A stretch of DNA of 63,433 nucleotides, counting the filler. It is 5 parts of 5 records of this genome, joined end to end, with 100 filler letters (N's around TTAATTAATTAA, not from the genome) between each part and the next. Parts side by side here need not be neighbours in the genome. Positions count along the whole stretch, not along the records: positions 27,537 to 51,873 come from DRR723986_2458; positions 51,974 to 63,433 come from DRR723986_2938; 3 more parts are not named here. One strand, given 5' to 3'. A model generated the notes under the pieces. It was given only the letters and a program-made list of their open reading frames with translations, had not been told where the DNA came from and made no database searches. A program made the translations under genes and the position numbers. Position 1 is the first letter of the stretch. Each line of letters begins with the position of its first letter. Below, one piece after another: positions 50,350-60,930 of the stretch.

Positions 50350-50853
50350 TTAGGAAACCTCTGCGGGCCGTGCCGCCGCCAAGGCTTGTCTTTCAGCAAC
50401 AATCAAATCATCGATGCGGCGCTTTTCTGCGCGTACGCGTTGCCCCAGCTCGCTTTTGGCCAGAACATCATCGAATAAAATTACATCAAGCCGGCTAACA
50501 GTTTGGCTGAGGCGGGTAAGGGCAAGCTGTGCTTCAAGCCAAAGGTGGATTCTGTCGCCGCTTGCGGGGTCACTGTTTGTGAAGGCATTCAGGGCGCGGT
50601 CATATATGTGGCGTGCAGCCTTGGTGTCGGTTTTTACTGTGGCAAGTAAAGCTTCGGCCTCGGCTATGGACGTTGGTGTTTGAGATTCGCTGCGCGGTGC
50701 AATCGCAGGGTCAGCGCGTTCAACAACCCGCGCCCTTGTCGCGGGGTCGGGCAGTGTATCTGACAAATTTGGCCAATCATTAGTTGACGAGCAAGCCGAC
50801 AGGGCAACTGCGAAAACTATTGAATGGAACCAAAAATGCCGAAAGAGATACAT
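50350..50853 (-). CDS. Hypothetical lipoprotein
   Basis: LSAC lipobox; helical body. Confidence 0.7.
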   Translation of the reverse strand: MYLFRHFWFHSIVFAVALSACSSTNDWPNLSDTLPDPATRARVVERADPAIAPRSESQTPTSIAEAEALLATVKTDTKAARHIYDRALNAFTNSDPASGDRIHLWLEAQLALTRLSQTVSRLDVILFDDVLAKSELGQRVRAEKRRIDDLIVAERQALAAARPAEVS

Positions 50854-50971
50854 AAAAAGCCTGTTTTGAGTTTAAGTCAGGCGAAAGTTATAACGGCTAA
50901 AACACCGCTAAACCAATCATGTTTTGCTGAGGGCCATAAAAAATAAAAAAGATGAGTCAGCGGCCCTTATT

Positions 50972-51571
50972 TCAGCTTTGATCTTTTTTTAGAGCTGAGT
51001 GGTTGGCGGCTGACGCTGTGTAAGGCGTATAAGCGGCGTTAGATGTTAACGCCCATGATTGACCATTGTCGGATGACAGGTGGCGCTCAATGGTAAAGCC
51101 GCCATTTTCAATAGCGCTATATTGAAACCGTGTTTTTAGTCGACCATTTTTATGGTGCCAAACAAACCTGATAGGCCATTGCGCATTGCCTTCAACGCTT
51201 GTGTAATGCAGAAATCCGCCATGCGCCGAGTCGAGCCAAATGGCCTCGCGTTTTTCAGCTAGCAGTGATGTCGTAGTCCATTCGTAAAAATAGGGTTCAC
51301 TTGTCGTATTTTCGGTTGTGCCCTGTTTTGTGCCTTCAAAATACTCTCGTATGCCGCACACACCAGGTGCGCCTGAAATGCGTGATATAGCGGATGATGT
51401 CGCATATTTGCCCGGCGCTACTCTGTAGGTCCAGGCAACTTGCCATTTGCCCCTATATTCATTGGCATGGGACACAGTGATTTGGTCGCATGTGGGCTTA
51501 AACCCTTGATTATCAGACAGCGCGGCCTCGGCTACGAGGAGCGTGCATGCGGCAAAAACATAGTGTTTCAT
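50972..51571 (-). CDS. Secreted hypothetical protein (DUF1579-like beta-barrel, uncertain)
   Basis: Start MKHYVFAACTLL after AGGGG; GKW, WLDSAHGG, SSDNGQSW motifs. Confidence 0.6.
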   Translation of the reverse strand: MKHYVFAACTLLVAEAALSDNQGFKPTCDQITVSHANEYRGKWQVAWTYRVAPGKYATSSAISRISGAPGVCGIREYFEGTKQGTTENTTSEPYFYEWTTTSLLAEKREAIWLDSAHGGFLHYTSVEGNAQWPIRFVWHHKNGRLKTRFQYSAIENGGFTIERHLSSDNGQSWALTSNAAYTPYTASAANHSALKKDQS

Positions 51572-51843
51572 GGTATTTCCCCTTTGTGGTTGCAGGTAAA
51601 TTACTGCCTCGCCAGCGAGTCTGTAAACTAATCCATCGTTTGATTCTCGGTATTGACAGGTTGACGTCATGCCCTTTGCGGCACGAAAATAGTGGTGTTT
51701 TATGAATGATTGATGGTTGTTTTGAGGGGCTCGCAAGAAAAAGCAGATTTCTCTCTTGCATTCAAACATCAATCTGATTAGGTTCCGCCGCACGCTAAAA
51801 CCACGCCTTTTCAAGCGCAGGTTAGCAGTTTGACTTGGTGAAT

Positions 51844-51873
51844 GCACCGGTAGCTCAGCTGGATAGAGCACCA
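51844..51873 (+). tRNA. 5' fragment of a tRNA, probably tRNA-Arg (anticodon not visible)
   Basis: GCACCGGTAGCTCAGCTGGATAGAGCACCA, cut by the contig end. Confidence 0.85.
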
Positions 51874-51973
51874 NNNNNNNNNNNNNNNNNNNNNNNNNNN
51901 NNNNNNNNNNNNNNNNNTTAATTAATTAANNNNNNNNNNNNNNNNNNNNNNNNNNNNNNNNNNNNNNNNNNNN
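51874..51973. other. Artificial contig linker
   Basis: N-TTAATTAATTAA-N. Confidence 0.99.
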
Positions 51974-52033
51974 TCAGGTCCGGAAGGAAGCAGCCGTAAC
52001 GAGCCCCGCTTGGGTCGTTGCAATCTCTCACCT
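51974..52033 (+). ncRNA. ffs: SRP (4.5S) RNA, 3' part
   Basis: TCAGGTCCGGAAGGAAGCAGC is the conserved domain IV; near dnaX as is usual. Confidence 0.92.
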
Positions 52034-52243
52034 CGCTGACGGCGCGTTGCGCCGGCGAGCCTTGGTCGGGTGACAAGCGTGGGCAATCCGCCTGGACCCG
52101 AGCCACCGTTCCACGGTCAGGGTCCTGACCCGGCAACCGCGCCGCGTCAGTGCAGCCGTGCACCCCATCAGCGCGACCGCCACCGTCAGACTATCCGGCG
52201 TTCCGTCGGGCGCGGATCATGACGAGACCTGCCTTGTCCGGTC

Positions 52244-52819
52244 TCAGCCCCGTCTGCCATCTGCCGGACGCGCCCGGCGCGCCTCGTCCGGGTGCCTTCG
52301 GAACTCCACCGCGCCGCGCGGTGCCGCGAGGGCCCAGTCCCGCTGCCCCCCCGGCGCCACGGCGCCCGGGTGCACCCCGAGCAACCGCTCTTCCGCCTCG
52401 TCCGGGGCCTCCCCCGCCTCGATCATCAGCCGCAACGCCGCCATGCCCGCGCGCGGGCCGCCCCTCTTGCTGTAGATCACCACGCGTCCGCCCCCCGTCA
52501 GCGCACGGCGCAGGGCGGCGCTGGTCTCTGCCCAAGGGCCGGGGGTTTCGTCCGGGGGCGCCTCGCCGACCTTCACCGGCCTGTGGAGCCAGCGCGTGCC
52601 CTTGTCCTGCACCGCCTGCGGCAGGGTGCGGGCGCCGACCTCTTCCATCTCTGCCTGCGTCGCGAGGCAGAGGACGAAGGCCGGCCTCAGGCTGGTGACA
52701 TGCTCCAGATCGCCCCGAAAATCGCCGCCCGCGCCGGGCAGGGGCGATAGCGCCACGATCCCCCCGCCCACGGGCAGGACATGCAGCACCGAGGCCCCCG
52801 TGTCGTCCGATCCTCCCAT
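52244..52819 (-). CDS. Dual-specificity/CDKN3-like protein phosphatase homologue with degenerate P-loop
   Basis: VGGGIVALSPLPG, WLHRPV, GGRVVIYSKRGGPRAGMAALRLM, PGAV; HCxxGxGR is replaced. Confidence 0.72.
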   Translation of the reverse strand: MGGSDDTGASVLHVLPVGGGIVALSPLPGAGGDFRGDLEHVTSLRPAFVLCLATQAEMEEVGARTLPQAVQDKGTRWLHRPVKVGEAPPDETPGPWAETSAALRRALTGGGRVVIYSKRGGPRAGMAALRLMIEAGEAPDEAEERLLGVHPGAVAPGGQRDWALAAPRGAVEFRRHPDEARRARPADGRRG

Positions 52820-53011
52820 GCAACCCCTTCCGATCATTCGCAAACGAATCGCCCGATGATACACGCTTGCCCGGCGCCGCCCAGAGAGCCGGCGCCCGGC
52901 GGTCATCAAGGCGCCACGGAACCGGGCGATCCGGCCGAGAGGATGCGCCCGCCCTGCCCCCTTCATCCGCGTACAGGACAGCGCGGGCACGGCAGGTCGC
53001 CGCACCGCGCT

Positions 53012-53854
53012 CTACAGACTCTCCGCGCCGAAGGTATCGCAGGCCTGCGGATCGCCGCTGTCGAAGCCGGTGGAGAACCAGCGCTGGCGTTGCTCGGAGG
53101 TGCCGTGGGTGAAGGTATGCGGCTGCGGCACCCGCCCCGCGCGCCTTTGCAGGGTATCGTCGCCGATCTGGCGCGCCGCGTTCAGCGCCTCGTCGAGGTC
53201 GCCCTTCTCCATTAGGCCCTGAACCTTGCTGGCCCAGACACCCGAGAGGCAATCCGCCTGCAACTCCAGCCGCACGGTCAGCGCATTGGCCTCGCGCTCG
53301 GACGAGCGCTGCCGCAGGGCGTTCACCTCGCCGAGGATGCCAAGCTCGTTCTGGACGTGATGCGCGACCTCATGCGCGATCACATAGGCTGCGGCGAAAT
53401 CGCCGTCGGCGCCCAGTTGCGAGCGCATGGTGGCGAAGAATTCCGTGTCCAGATAGGCCTTCTCGTCCGCCGGGCAGTAAAACGGTCCCGTCGCCCCCGA
53501 AGCGCCGCCGCAGGGGCTGGAGGTCACGCCCGAGAACAGCACCAGCGTCGGCGCTTCGTAAGGCCCGCCGAAGCTGTCGGGGAAGACGTCGCTCCAGACC
53601 TCTTCGGTGGTGGCCAGCACGCGGGCGCTGAAATCGCCAGCCTGCTGTTCGGCCTCGGTCAACTCGCGCGGGGCGCTCTGCTGCGTGGGCGATCCGCCGT
53701 TCAGCAGGGGCGTCACGTCGATGCCGGTGAAATAGCCGATGGCCAGCACCAGCAGCACCCCGCCGACGCCAAGCCCGCCCACGGCCGCGCCGCCGCCGCC
53801 GCGTCCTCGCCGGTCCTCGATGTTCCGGCTGCCCCGGACGTTCCTCAACCGCAT
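53012..53854 (-). CDS. Neutral zinc metallopeptidase (YpfJ family)
   Basis: SRNIEDRRG, GPFYCPAD, AHEVAHHVQ, ELQADC, FTHGTSEQR. Confidence 0.94.
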   Translation of the reverse strand: MRLRNVRGSRNIEDRRGRGGGGAAVGGLGVGGVLLVLAIGYFTGIDVTPLLNGGSPTQQSAPRELTEAEQQAGDFSARVLATTEEVWSDVFPDSFGGPYEAPTLVLFSGVTSSPCGGASGATGPFYCPADEKAYLDTEFFATMRSQLGADGDFAAAYVIAHEVAHHVQNELGILGEVNALRQRSSEREANALTVRLELQADCLSGVWASKVQGLMEKGDLDEALNAARQIGDDTLQRRAGRVPQPHTFTHGTSEQRQRWFSTGFDSGDPQACDTFGAESL

Positions 53855-54024
53855 CGCCTGCCCTCCCTTTCGCGCATGATGCCCCAACGTGACGTGCGGG
53901 CACCCGGTTCCCTGACCTTTGCGGCCCATGCGCCGACCCGCACGGGGCGAAGGGGCGCGGCGCTTCGGCTTGCACCCGGGGCGGTGCAGCCGGTACGCTG
54001 GGCACGCCCCTCGAAGGACAGCCC

Positions 54025-55788
54025 ATGACCGACTCGCCCGCCTACCAGGTGCTTGCACGCAAGTACCGCCCGGAAACCTTCGCCGACCTCGTCGGGCAGG
54101 ACGCCATGGTCCGCACCCTGCGCAACGCCTTCAAGGCCGACCGCATCGCGCAGGCCTTCATCATGACCGGCATCCGCGGCACCGGCAAGACGACGACCGC
54201 CCGGATCATCGCCAAGGGCATGAACTGCGTCGGACCGGACGGTGAAGGCGGCCCCACGACCGAGCCCTGCGGGGAATGCGAGCACTGCGTGGCAATCATG
54301 GAAGGCCGCCACGTCGACGTGATGGAAATGGACGCCGCCAGCCGCACCGGCGTCGGCGACATCCGCGAGATCATCGAAAGCGTGCACTACCGGGCGGCCT
54401 CGGCGCGCTACAAGATCTACATCATCGACGAGGTGCACATGCTGTCCACCTCGGCCTTCAACGCGCTTCTCAAGACGCTGGAGGAACCCCCGGCGCATGT
54501 GAAGTTCATCTTCGCCACGACCGAGATCCGCAAGGTGCCGGTGACGGTGCTGTCGCGCTGCCAGCGGTTCGACCTGCGCCGGATCGAGCCCGAGGTGATG
54601 ATCGGCCTCTTGCGCAGGATCGCGGCCGCCGAACAGGCAGAGATCACCGACGAGGCGCTGGCGCTGATCACCCGCGCCGCCGAGGGATCGGCCCGCGATG
54701 CGACCTCGCTTCTGGATCAGGCGATTTCCCACGGGGCCGGGGAAACCGGCGCCGATCAGGTGCGCGCGATGCTGGGCCTTGCCGACCGGGGCCGCGTCAT
54801 GGACCTGTTCGAGCGGATCATGCGCGGCGATGCGGCGGGGGCGCTGTCCGAACTCTCGGCGCAATATTCCGACGGCGCCGACCCGCTGGCGGTGCTGCGC
54901 GATCTGGCCGAACTGACCCATTGGGTCAGCGTGGTGAAGATCACCACCGACGCCGCCGAGGACCCGACGATCTCTCCGGACGAACGCGCGCGCGGGCTGG
55001 CCTTTGCGGACGGGCTGGGGATGCGCCCCCTGTCGAGGGCATGGCAGATGCTGCTGAAGGCCATCGAAGAGGTGGCGAACGCGCCGTCTGCGATGATGGC
55101 CGCCGAGATGGCGGTGATCCGGCTCACCCATGTGGCGGAACTGCCCTCGCCCGAGGAACTGCTGCGCCGCCTGCAGGACGGCCCTCCCCCGCCCGGCCCC
55201 GGCCCGGCGGGTGGTGGCGGGGGCGGCATGGCCCATGGCCACGGCGGCGACGTTCAGGCGCAGGGCGTGCCGCAGCCCACGCATCCCGGCCCGCGCGGTC
55301 CCTCCGCGTCGCATGGCAACACCGTGGTGGCGCTGGCCGCCGATCAGGCGCTGGCGCGCTATCCGACCTTCGAGCATGTGCTGGACCTGATCCGTGCCAA
55401 CCGCGACGTGCAGCTTCTGGTCGAGGTCGAAAGCGGCTTGCGCCTTGCCGCCTACCAGCCCGGCCGGATCGAGTTCACCCCGACCGAAACCGCCCCCGCC
55501 GACCTTGCCCAGCGCCTTGGCACCGCCCTGCAACGCTGGACCGGCAACCGCTGGGGCGTCTCGGTGGTGAACGGCTGCGAGGCGCAGACGGTCTTCGAGC
55601 GGCGCGACGCCGCGCGGCTGGCGATCGAGGAAGAGGCCCGCCAGCATCCGCTGGTGCAGGCCGCGCTTTCGGCCTTTCCCAAGGCGCGGATCAAGTCGGT
55701 CAAGACCGCCGAAGAGGCGCAGGTCGAGGCGGAACAGGACGCCCTCCCCGAGGTCGAGGACGAGTGGGACCCCTTCGAGGAAGAGTGA
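54025..55788 (+). CDS. dnaX: DNA polymerase III subunit gamma/tau
   Basis: YQVLARKYRP, GIRGTGKTT, IIDEVHML, NALLKTLEEPP, SRCQRF. Confidence 0.98.
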   Translation: MTDSPAYQVLARKYRPETFADLVGQDAMVRTLRNAFKADRIAQAFIMTGIRGTGKTTTARIIAKGMNCVGPDGEGGPTTEPCGECEHCVAIMEGRHVDVMEMDAASRTGVGDIREIIESVHYRAASARYKIYIIDEVHMLSTSAFNALLKTLEEPPAHVKFIFATTEIRKVPVTVLSRCQRFDLRRIEPEVMIGLLRRIAAAEQAEITDEALALITRAAEGSARDATSLLDQAISHGAGETGADQVRAMLGLADRGRVMDLFERIMRGDAAGALSELSAQYSDGADPLAVLRDLAELTHWVSVVKITTDAAEDPTISPDERARGLAFADGLGMRPLSRAWQMLLKAIEEVANAPSAMMAAEMAVIRLTHVAELPSPEELLRRLQDGPPPPGPGPAGGGGGGMAHGHGGDVQAQGVPQPTHPGPRGPSASHGNTVVALAADQALARYPTFEHVLDLIRANRDVQLLVEVESGLRLAAYQPGRIEFTPTETAPADLAQRLGTALQRWTGNRWGVSVVNGCEAQTVFERRDAARLAIEEEARQHPLVQAALSAFPKARIKSVKTAEEAQVEAEQDALPEVEDEWDPFEEE

Positions 55789-55841
55789 CCCGTCTTCGGA
55801 CGACCTTTGGCGCAAGAGTGACGAACGGACAGGGAAAGACC

Positions 55842-56306
55842 ATGAGGAAAACCGTCCGTCTGGCCGCGGCCACCGTTGCCATGACCGCATCGCCCCTCGC
55901 CGCCGGACAATTCTGCGAGTTGGACGGGTCGGTGCGGTTCGCCTGCACCTTCGATGGCGGCGCCAAGGCGGTAGAGGTCTGCGACGCGGTCTGGCTGGAC
56001 GGCGATCAGGCGCAATACGGCTTTTTCCGGCCCGGGCAGGCGCCCGAGCTGGCGATCACGCAGGATCTGGCCTCGCTCCATGACACCCCGTGGAACGGCG
56101 TCGGCGGCAAGCCGTGGTCCAGCGTCGCCTTCACCGCGCCGGGTGGGGATCATCGCTACGAGGTCTGGGCCTCGGGCGAGGCGGGCGGGATCACCGTGCT
56201 GGAGGGCGCAACCGAGGTCGCCACGCTGACCTGCGATCCCGGCAGCGTGACCCATGATCTCGACGCGCTGATCGAGCGGATCGAAATCGCCCGGATTTCC
56301 CCGTGA
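55842..56306 (+). CDS. Secreted hypothetical protein
   Basis: MRKTVRLAAATVAMTASPLAAG signal peptide, four Cys, TPWNGVG; 3' part of the 54276-56306 ORF. Confidence 0.7.
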   Translation: MRKTVRLAAATVAMTASPLAAGQFCELDGSVRFACTFDGGAKAVEVCDAVWLDGDQAQYGFFRPGQAPELAITQDLASLHDTPWNGVGGKPWSSVAFTAPGGDHRYEVWASGEAGGITVLEGATEVATLTCDPGSVTHDLDALIERIEIARISP

Positions 56307-56390
56307 CGCCCGAAGGGATCGGGCCGCCACTTGCCCCGTCCTGCCAGCCCTGCGATAAACCTGCAACTTCAGCCCTAGCGGAGAATTCCA

Positions 56391-56735
56391 ATGCTCAAAG
56401 GTCTCGGTGGCCTTGGCGACATGGCCAAGATGATGAAACAGGCGCAAGAGATGCAGACCAAGATGGTCGAGCTTCAGGAAAGCCTGAAGACGATCACCGT
56501 GACCGGCGAAAGCGGCGCGGGGCTGGTCAAGGCGACGGCCACCGCAAAGGGCGAACTGACCGCGCTGGACATCTCTCCGACGATCTTCGACCCGAACGAG
56601 AAAGAGGTGGTCGAGGATCTGATCCTCGCCGCCATCAAGGACGCGCAAAGCCGCGCGCAGGAGCGGTCCGAGCAGGAGATGCGCAAGCTGACCGAAAGCC
56701 TCGGCCTGCCCGCGGACATGAAGTTGCCGTTCTGA
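56391..56735 (+). CDS. ybaB: YbaB/EbfC nucleoid-associated protein
   Basis: MMKQAQEMQ, GESGAGLVK, EDLILAAIKDA, KLPF. Confidence 0.95.
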   Translation: MLKGLGGLGDMAKMMKQAQEMQTKMVELQESLKTITVTGESGAGLVKATATAKGELTALDISPTIFDPNEKEVVEDLILAAIKDAQSRAQERSEQEMRKLTESLGLPADMKLPF

Positions 56736-57044
56736 GCCAGCGGGCCGGGCCCGGGTGGGCGGCGGCGCCGTCATCCTCGGGCCGTCGCGCCGCCCCCTCG
56801 GGATCGCGGCGCCCGCGCCTTCGGGCCAAAGCCCTGCCGTGACGGAATGATGGTCCGCGCCATTCCGCGTTCGGGGATCAGCCTCTCCCTGCTGCGGCAC
56901 GGCCGCGCGCCACAGGCTGCCGGCGGCCGCGCGCGGGGCGTTTCCGATGCCCCGCTGCGAAAAGCGATACAGGATTGCGCCAAAAGGCTTTAGACTGGCG
57001 CCAACAGGCCCGGCCAGCGGGTCGTCGAGCAGGACATCCGCCCC

Positions 57045-58106
57045 ATGACCCCTTGCCTCACGCGTCTCGGCCCCGCCGCCCTCTGCGCCCTTCTTTTCGC
57101 CACCGCCGCCCCGGCGCAGGACTGGGCCACGCGCGCGGTCTGCGACGTGCCGCAGGTCGCGCTGTATCCGGACGCGCTCGACGCGCCGCTGGCAGAGCTT
57201 GAACGGCAGGCCGCCGATATTCCCAACGGCACCGGGCGCTTCTGGCGGATCACCGCGCCGGGGGGCGCCGTCTCGCATCTCTGGGGGACCTTCCACAGCT
57301 CCCAGCGCGAGGTTCTGGACCTGCCCGACAAGGTGCTGGCCGAGATCGAGCGCGCCGAGACCGTCGCGCTGGAGATCGACCCGGTCTACCCCACGCGCGA
57401 GGCCTATCGCGCCGATATGCTGCACGAGGGCCGCTACATCGCCGAAGACGCACTGTCCGCCTACAACACGCTCTCGCTCGACCCGCGCGTCGACGGCTGG
57501 ATCCGCGACCGGCTGGACGGCATCGGCTGGGGCCGCGACTCCACCGACTACCTCACCCTCGGCGCGCTGACCGAGGTGCTGCTCTGGGCGCCCTGCGAGG
57601 ATTTCGCCTCTGGCACCTATCCGACGCAGGACACCTTCATCCAGACGCTGGGGCACATCAATGGCGCCCGGATCGTCGGTCTGGAATCCGCGCGGCGCAT
57701 CCGCGAGAAGCTGGACAGCCCCGGCGGGCGGTCGATGGGCGCGGCGATGCTGACGATCTACGGCAGCTATCTGGCCCCGGTCGAGGACTGGAAAGGCGCG
57801 GCCTCGGGCTTTGCCCTCTACCTGCAGGGGCGCACCGCCGTCGCGATGATGCAAGAGCGCGCCTATATCGACGGGCTGCTCGGACAGGACGGTCTGGAGC
57901 AGCTCGACTATCTCGACACATGGCTTCTGGTCGAGCGCAACCATGACTTCGTCGAGGCCGCCGCGCCGCTTCTGGATGCGGGCGGCGCCTTTGTCGCCGT
58001 GGGCAGTTTCCACCTTCCGGGCACGGAGGGCATGGTGCGCCTGCTGCGCGAACGCGGCTACCGGGTGGAGCGTGTGGCCCTGCCCGGAGAGGTGCCGACC
58101 CCGTGA
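57045..58106 (+). CDS. TraB/GumN family protein
   Basis: [33 protein letters not shown]. Confidence 0.88.
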   Translation: MTPCLTRLGPAALCALLFATAAPAQDWATRAVCDVPQVALYPDALDAPLAELERQAADIPNGTGRFWRITAPGGAVSHLWGTFHSSQREVLDLPDKVLAEIERAETVALEIDPVYPTREAYRADMLHEGRYIAEDALSAYNTLSLDPRVDGWIRDRLDGIGWGRDSTDYLTLGALTEVLLWAPCEDFASGTYPTQDTFIQTLGHINGARIVGLESARRIREKLDSPGGRSMGAAMLTIYGSYLAPVEDWKGAASGFALYLQGRTAVAMMQERAYIDGLLGQDGLEQLDYLDTWLLVERNHDFVEAAAPLLDAGGAFVAVGSFHLPGTEGMVRLLRERGYRVERVALPGEVPTP

Positions 58107-58699
58107 GCCGCCCCAACAATCCCATCGACGCGCTCATCGGCCTCATGGCGCGGCTGCCGGGGCTTGGCCCGCGCTCGGCCCGCCGTGCCGTGCTGCATCT
58201 GATCCGCAAGCGCGCCGCCCTGCTGCGCCCGCTGGCCGAGGCGATGATGGCGGTGGCCGAGTCGGCGCGCGAATGCCTGAACTGCGGCAACGTCGGCACC
58301 GAGGACATCTGCGAGATCTGCCGGTCCGAGGCGCGCGGCAACGGTCTGATCTGCGTGGTCGAGGATGTCTCCGACCTTTGGGCGATGGAGCGGGCGAACG
58401 TCTTTTCCGGGCGCTACCACGTGCTTGGCGGAACGCTCTCGGCGCTGGACGGTGTCGGGCCGGACCAGCTGCGCATCCCGCAACTGCTGACCCGGATCGA
58501 GGCCGAGGGCGTGACAGAGGTCATCCTTGCGCTGAACGCCACGGTCGACGGGCAGACCACGGCCCATTACATCGCCGACCGGCTGGAAGGGCGCGTCGCG
58601 CTGTCCTCGCTGGCGCAGGGCGTGCCGATCGGCGGCGAACTCGACTACCTCGACGACGGCACCATCTCGGCGGCGCTGAACGCGCGCAAGCGGTTCTGA
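58103..58699 (+). CDS. recR: Recombination mediator RecR
   Basis: [11 protein letters not shown], CxxC..Cxx[19 protein letters not shown]. Confidence 0.97.
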   Translation: MSRPNNPIDALIGLMARLPGLGPRSARRAVLHLIRKRAALLRPLAEAMMAVAESARECLNCGNVGTEDICEICRSEARGNGLICVVEDVSDLWAMERANVFSGRYHVLGGTLSALDGVGPDQLRIPQLLTRIEAEGVTEVILALNATVDGQTTAHYIADRLEGRVALSSLAQGVPIGGELDYLDDGTISAALNARKRF

Positions 58700-58940
58700 G
58701 GGACCGCGCCTCGTCGGAAGACGGCAGCCGGCAAGGCCGATCCCGCAAGGGTCGGCGCAGCGGCTACCCCCAGACCATGCGAGGCTTCGGACTCTCCCGC
58801 GCTGGCTCGCGGCTGTCGAACGGTTGGCACCCGCCCGCCATGCGGCAAATGCCCCTTGCCCGGACATTACCCACCAAGCGCCATGCTTTGGCCAGTCCGG
58901 CCGGCGACCATGGACAGAAGACCAACGACTGGAGGCCCCC

Positions 58941-59288
58941 ATGCGCATCGCCCTTCTGGCCACGGCCCTTTGCCTGCCCCTGCCCGCCCTTGCCGGGCCG
59001 CCACATCACACCGACGATCTTACCGGCTACTGCCTGCCCGGCGACGAATGCACCGGCGGGATCGCGTTTCGCGGCATGACCGTCGACCTGTGCGAAGAAA
59101 CCTGCACCCTGTCGCGCCCGGTCGCCGTCCTGAACATGGACGCGACGCTTTATGACTTCACCTGTCAGGGGGATCACATCCCGGGCGGCACCGAACGGCG
59201 CCGTGCCATGATCTATGCCTCGTGGGAGGGGCTGCATCTTCTGATGCCCGGCGCGCCCGAGGGCCAGCCGATCACGCCCTGCCGTTAG
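58941..59288 (+). CDS. Small secreted Cys-containing hypothetical protein
   Basis: GGAGG RBS; MRIALLATALCLPLPALA; EETCTL..LYDFTC. Confidence 0.7.
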   Translation: MRIALLATALCLPLPALAGPPHHTDDLTGYCLPGDECTGGIAFRGMTVDLCEETCTLSRPVAVLNMDATLYDFTCQGDHIPGGTERRRAMIYASWEGLHLLMPGAPEGQPITPCR

Positions 59289-59303
59289 GCCCCCCAAACG
59301 CAA

Positions 59304-59335
59304 GACGCCCCCGCGAGCCGTCTCGCGGGGGCGTC
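59304..59335. terminator. Hairpin between convergent genes, probable bidirectional terminator
   Basis: GACGCCCCCGCGAG-ccgt-CTCGCGGGGGCGTC perfect 14-bp stem. Confidence 0.7.
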
Positions 59336-59358
59336 CATCGCAGCGGATCGAAGCGCGC

Positions 59359-60138
59359 TCAGCCGCGCGGGTCGTCGTCGTCCTCGTCCTCGTCGTCATC
59401 CCCGCCGCCGGGCAGGTTGAAGAAGCTGTCCGCGTCCGAGTAATCGGCGTTGTTGCGCTTCTCTTCCTCGTCCTCGTCCTCGCCCCGCGGATCCGAAAGC
59501 GAGAAGCTCTGAAGCCCCTCGATCGCGGTGGGCAGACGCGGCTCGTTGCCGTCCATCTCGAGGCTCTGCTCGGTCGAGACCAGCTTGCGGCGCTCGTCGT
59601 CGGTCATGACGGAGGTCACGGCCTTTGCGGCCTTGGCGACGGCGGCATCCAGTTCGGACTGCTTGCACAGACCCAGCGCAACCGGGTCGATGGGCTGCAT
59701 GTTCTGGATGTTCCAGTGCGTGCGCTCGCGGATCGACTGGATCGTGGGCTTCGTGGTGCCGACCAGCTTCGAGATCTGGCCGTCGGTCAGCTCGGGGTGG
59801 AACTTCACCAGCCAGAGGATCGCGTTCGGGCGGTCCTGCCGCTTGGACAGCGGGGTGTAGCGCGGGCCACGGCGCTTGTCCTCGTCCCGGGCGGCGGGGT
59901 TGAACTTCACCTTCATCTTGTACAGCGGATCCTTCTCCGCCTTGTCGATCTCTTCCTGCACAAGCTGGTTGTTGGCGACCGGGTCGAAGCCCTTCACGCC
60001 CGCGGCCACGTCACCGTCGGCGATGCCCTGGATCTCGAGCTCGTGGAAGCCGGTGAAATCGGCGATCTGCTTGAACGACAGCGTCGTGTTGTCCACCAGC
60101 CAGACGGCGGTCGCCTTGGGATGCAGCAGCTTGGACAT
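59359..60138 (-). CDS. DUF1013 family protein (TrcR-like)
   Basis: PKATAVWLVDNTTLSFKQIADF, GPRYTPLSKRQDRP, PIDPVALGLC. Confidence 0.9.
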   Translation of the reverse strand: MSKLLHPKATAVWLVDNTTLSFKQIADFTGFHELEIQGIADGDVAAGVKGFDPVANNQLVQEEIDKAEKDPLYKMKVKFNPAARDEDKRRGPRYTPLSKRQDRPNAILWLVKFHPELTDGQISKLVGTTKPTIQSIRERTHWNIQNMQPIDPVALGLCKQSELDAAVAKAAKAVTSVMTDDERRKLVSTEQSLEMDGNEPRLPTAIEGLQSFSLSDPRGEDEDEEEKRNNADYSDADSFFNLPGGGDDDEDEDDDDPRG

Positions 60139-60294
60139 CTTTCTCTACTCCTTCTCGGTCGGACGGACGGCAAATCTTCCGCGATCCCCGGGCCGGGGGG
60201 CCGCGGGAGGCCCCGGATGATCTCCGGGGCGGGTTGCCGTTGTCGGGAAACTTGGGCGCTATATAGTGACGCCAAAGCCAAAAAGGAAGAGTAA

Positions 60295-60930
60295 ATGCGC
60301 CTCGCGACCCTTGCCGCCGCCCTGCTGACCGCCCTGCCCGCGCAGGCCTTTGCCGATGGCGAGAAGGCCGGAGCGTTCGATTATTACGTGATGGCGCTGT
60401 CGTGGTCGCCGAACTGGTGCAGGCTGGAAGGCGACGCCCGCGACGCCGAACAATGCGAGACGGACGCGGGCTGGGTGCTGCACGGGCTCTGGCCGCAGTA
60501 CCACCGGGGCTGGCCGTCCTATTGCCCCACGGTCGAACGCGCGCCCTCGCGGCAGATGACGGCGGCGATGGCGGACATCATGGGCTCGGGCGGGCTGGCG
60601 TGGCACCAGTGGAAGAAGCACGGCGTCTGCTCCGGCCTGTCGGCGCGGGCCTATTACGACCTGTCGCGGCAGGCCTACGGCTCGCTCACCCGGCCCGATG
60701 TCTTCCGCAAGCTGGACAAGGCGGTGAAGCTCCCCGCCTCGGTGGTCGAAGAGGCCTTCCTCAAGGCCAACCCGGGGCTGGAGGCGGACATGCTGACGAT
60801 CACCTGCCGCGATGGCATGATACAAGAGGCCCGGGTCTGCCTGTCCAAGGACCTGACGCCCGTGCCCTGCGGGCGCGACGTGATCCGCGACTGCACCATG
60901 ACCGACGCGCTGTTCACGCCGCTGCGCTAG
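60295..60930 (+). CDS. Ribonuclease T2 family
   Basis: FDYYVMALSWSP, LHGLWP, HQWKKHGVC. Confidence 0.95.
   Translation: MRLATLAAALLTALPAQAFADGEKAGAFDYYVMALSWSPNWCRLEGDARDAEQCETDAGWVLHGLWPQYHRGWPSYCPTVERAPSRQMTAAMADIMGSGGLAWHQWKKHGVCSGLSARAYYDLSRQAYGSLTRPDVFRKLDKAVKLPASVVEEAFLKANPGLEADMLTITCRDGMIQEARVCLSKDLTPVPCGRDVIRDCTMTDALFTPLR

Noticed and set aside
6610-51973. Four identical N-TTAATTAATTAA-N blocks, and apparent gene adjacencies across them
   Set aside because: Artificial concatenation linkers. Base composition and gene content change abruptly at each, so cross-linker context and ORFs containing X runs are artefacts.
54025-55788. Programmed frameshift in dnaX
   Set aside because: No A-AAA-AAG or poly-A slippery site seen; the linker is simply Pro/Gly-rich.
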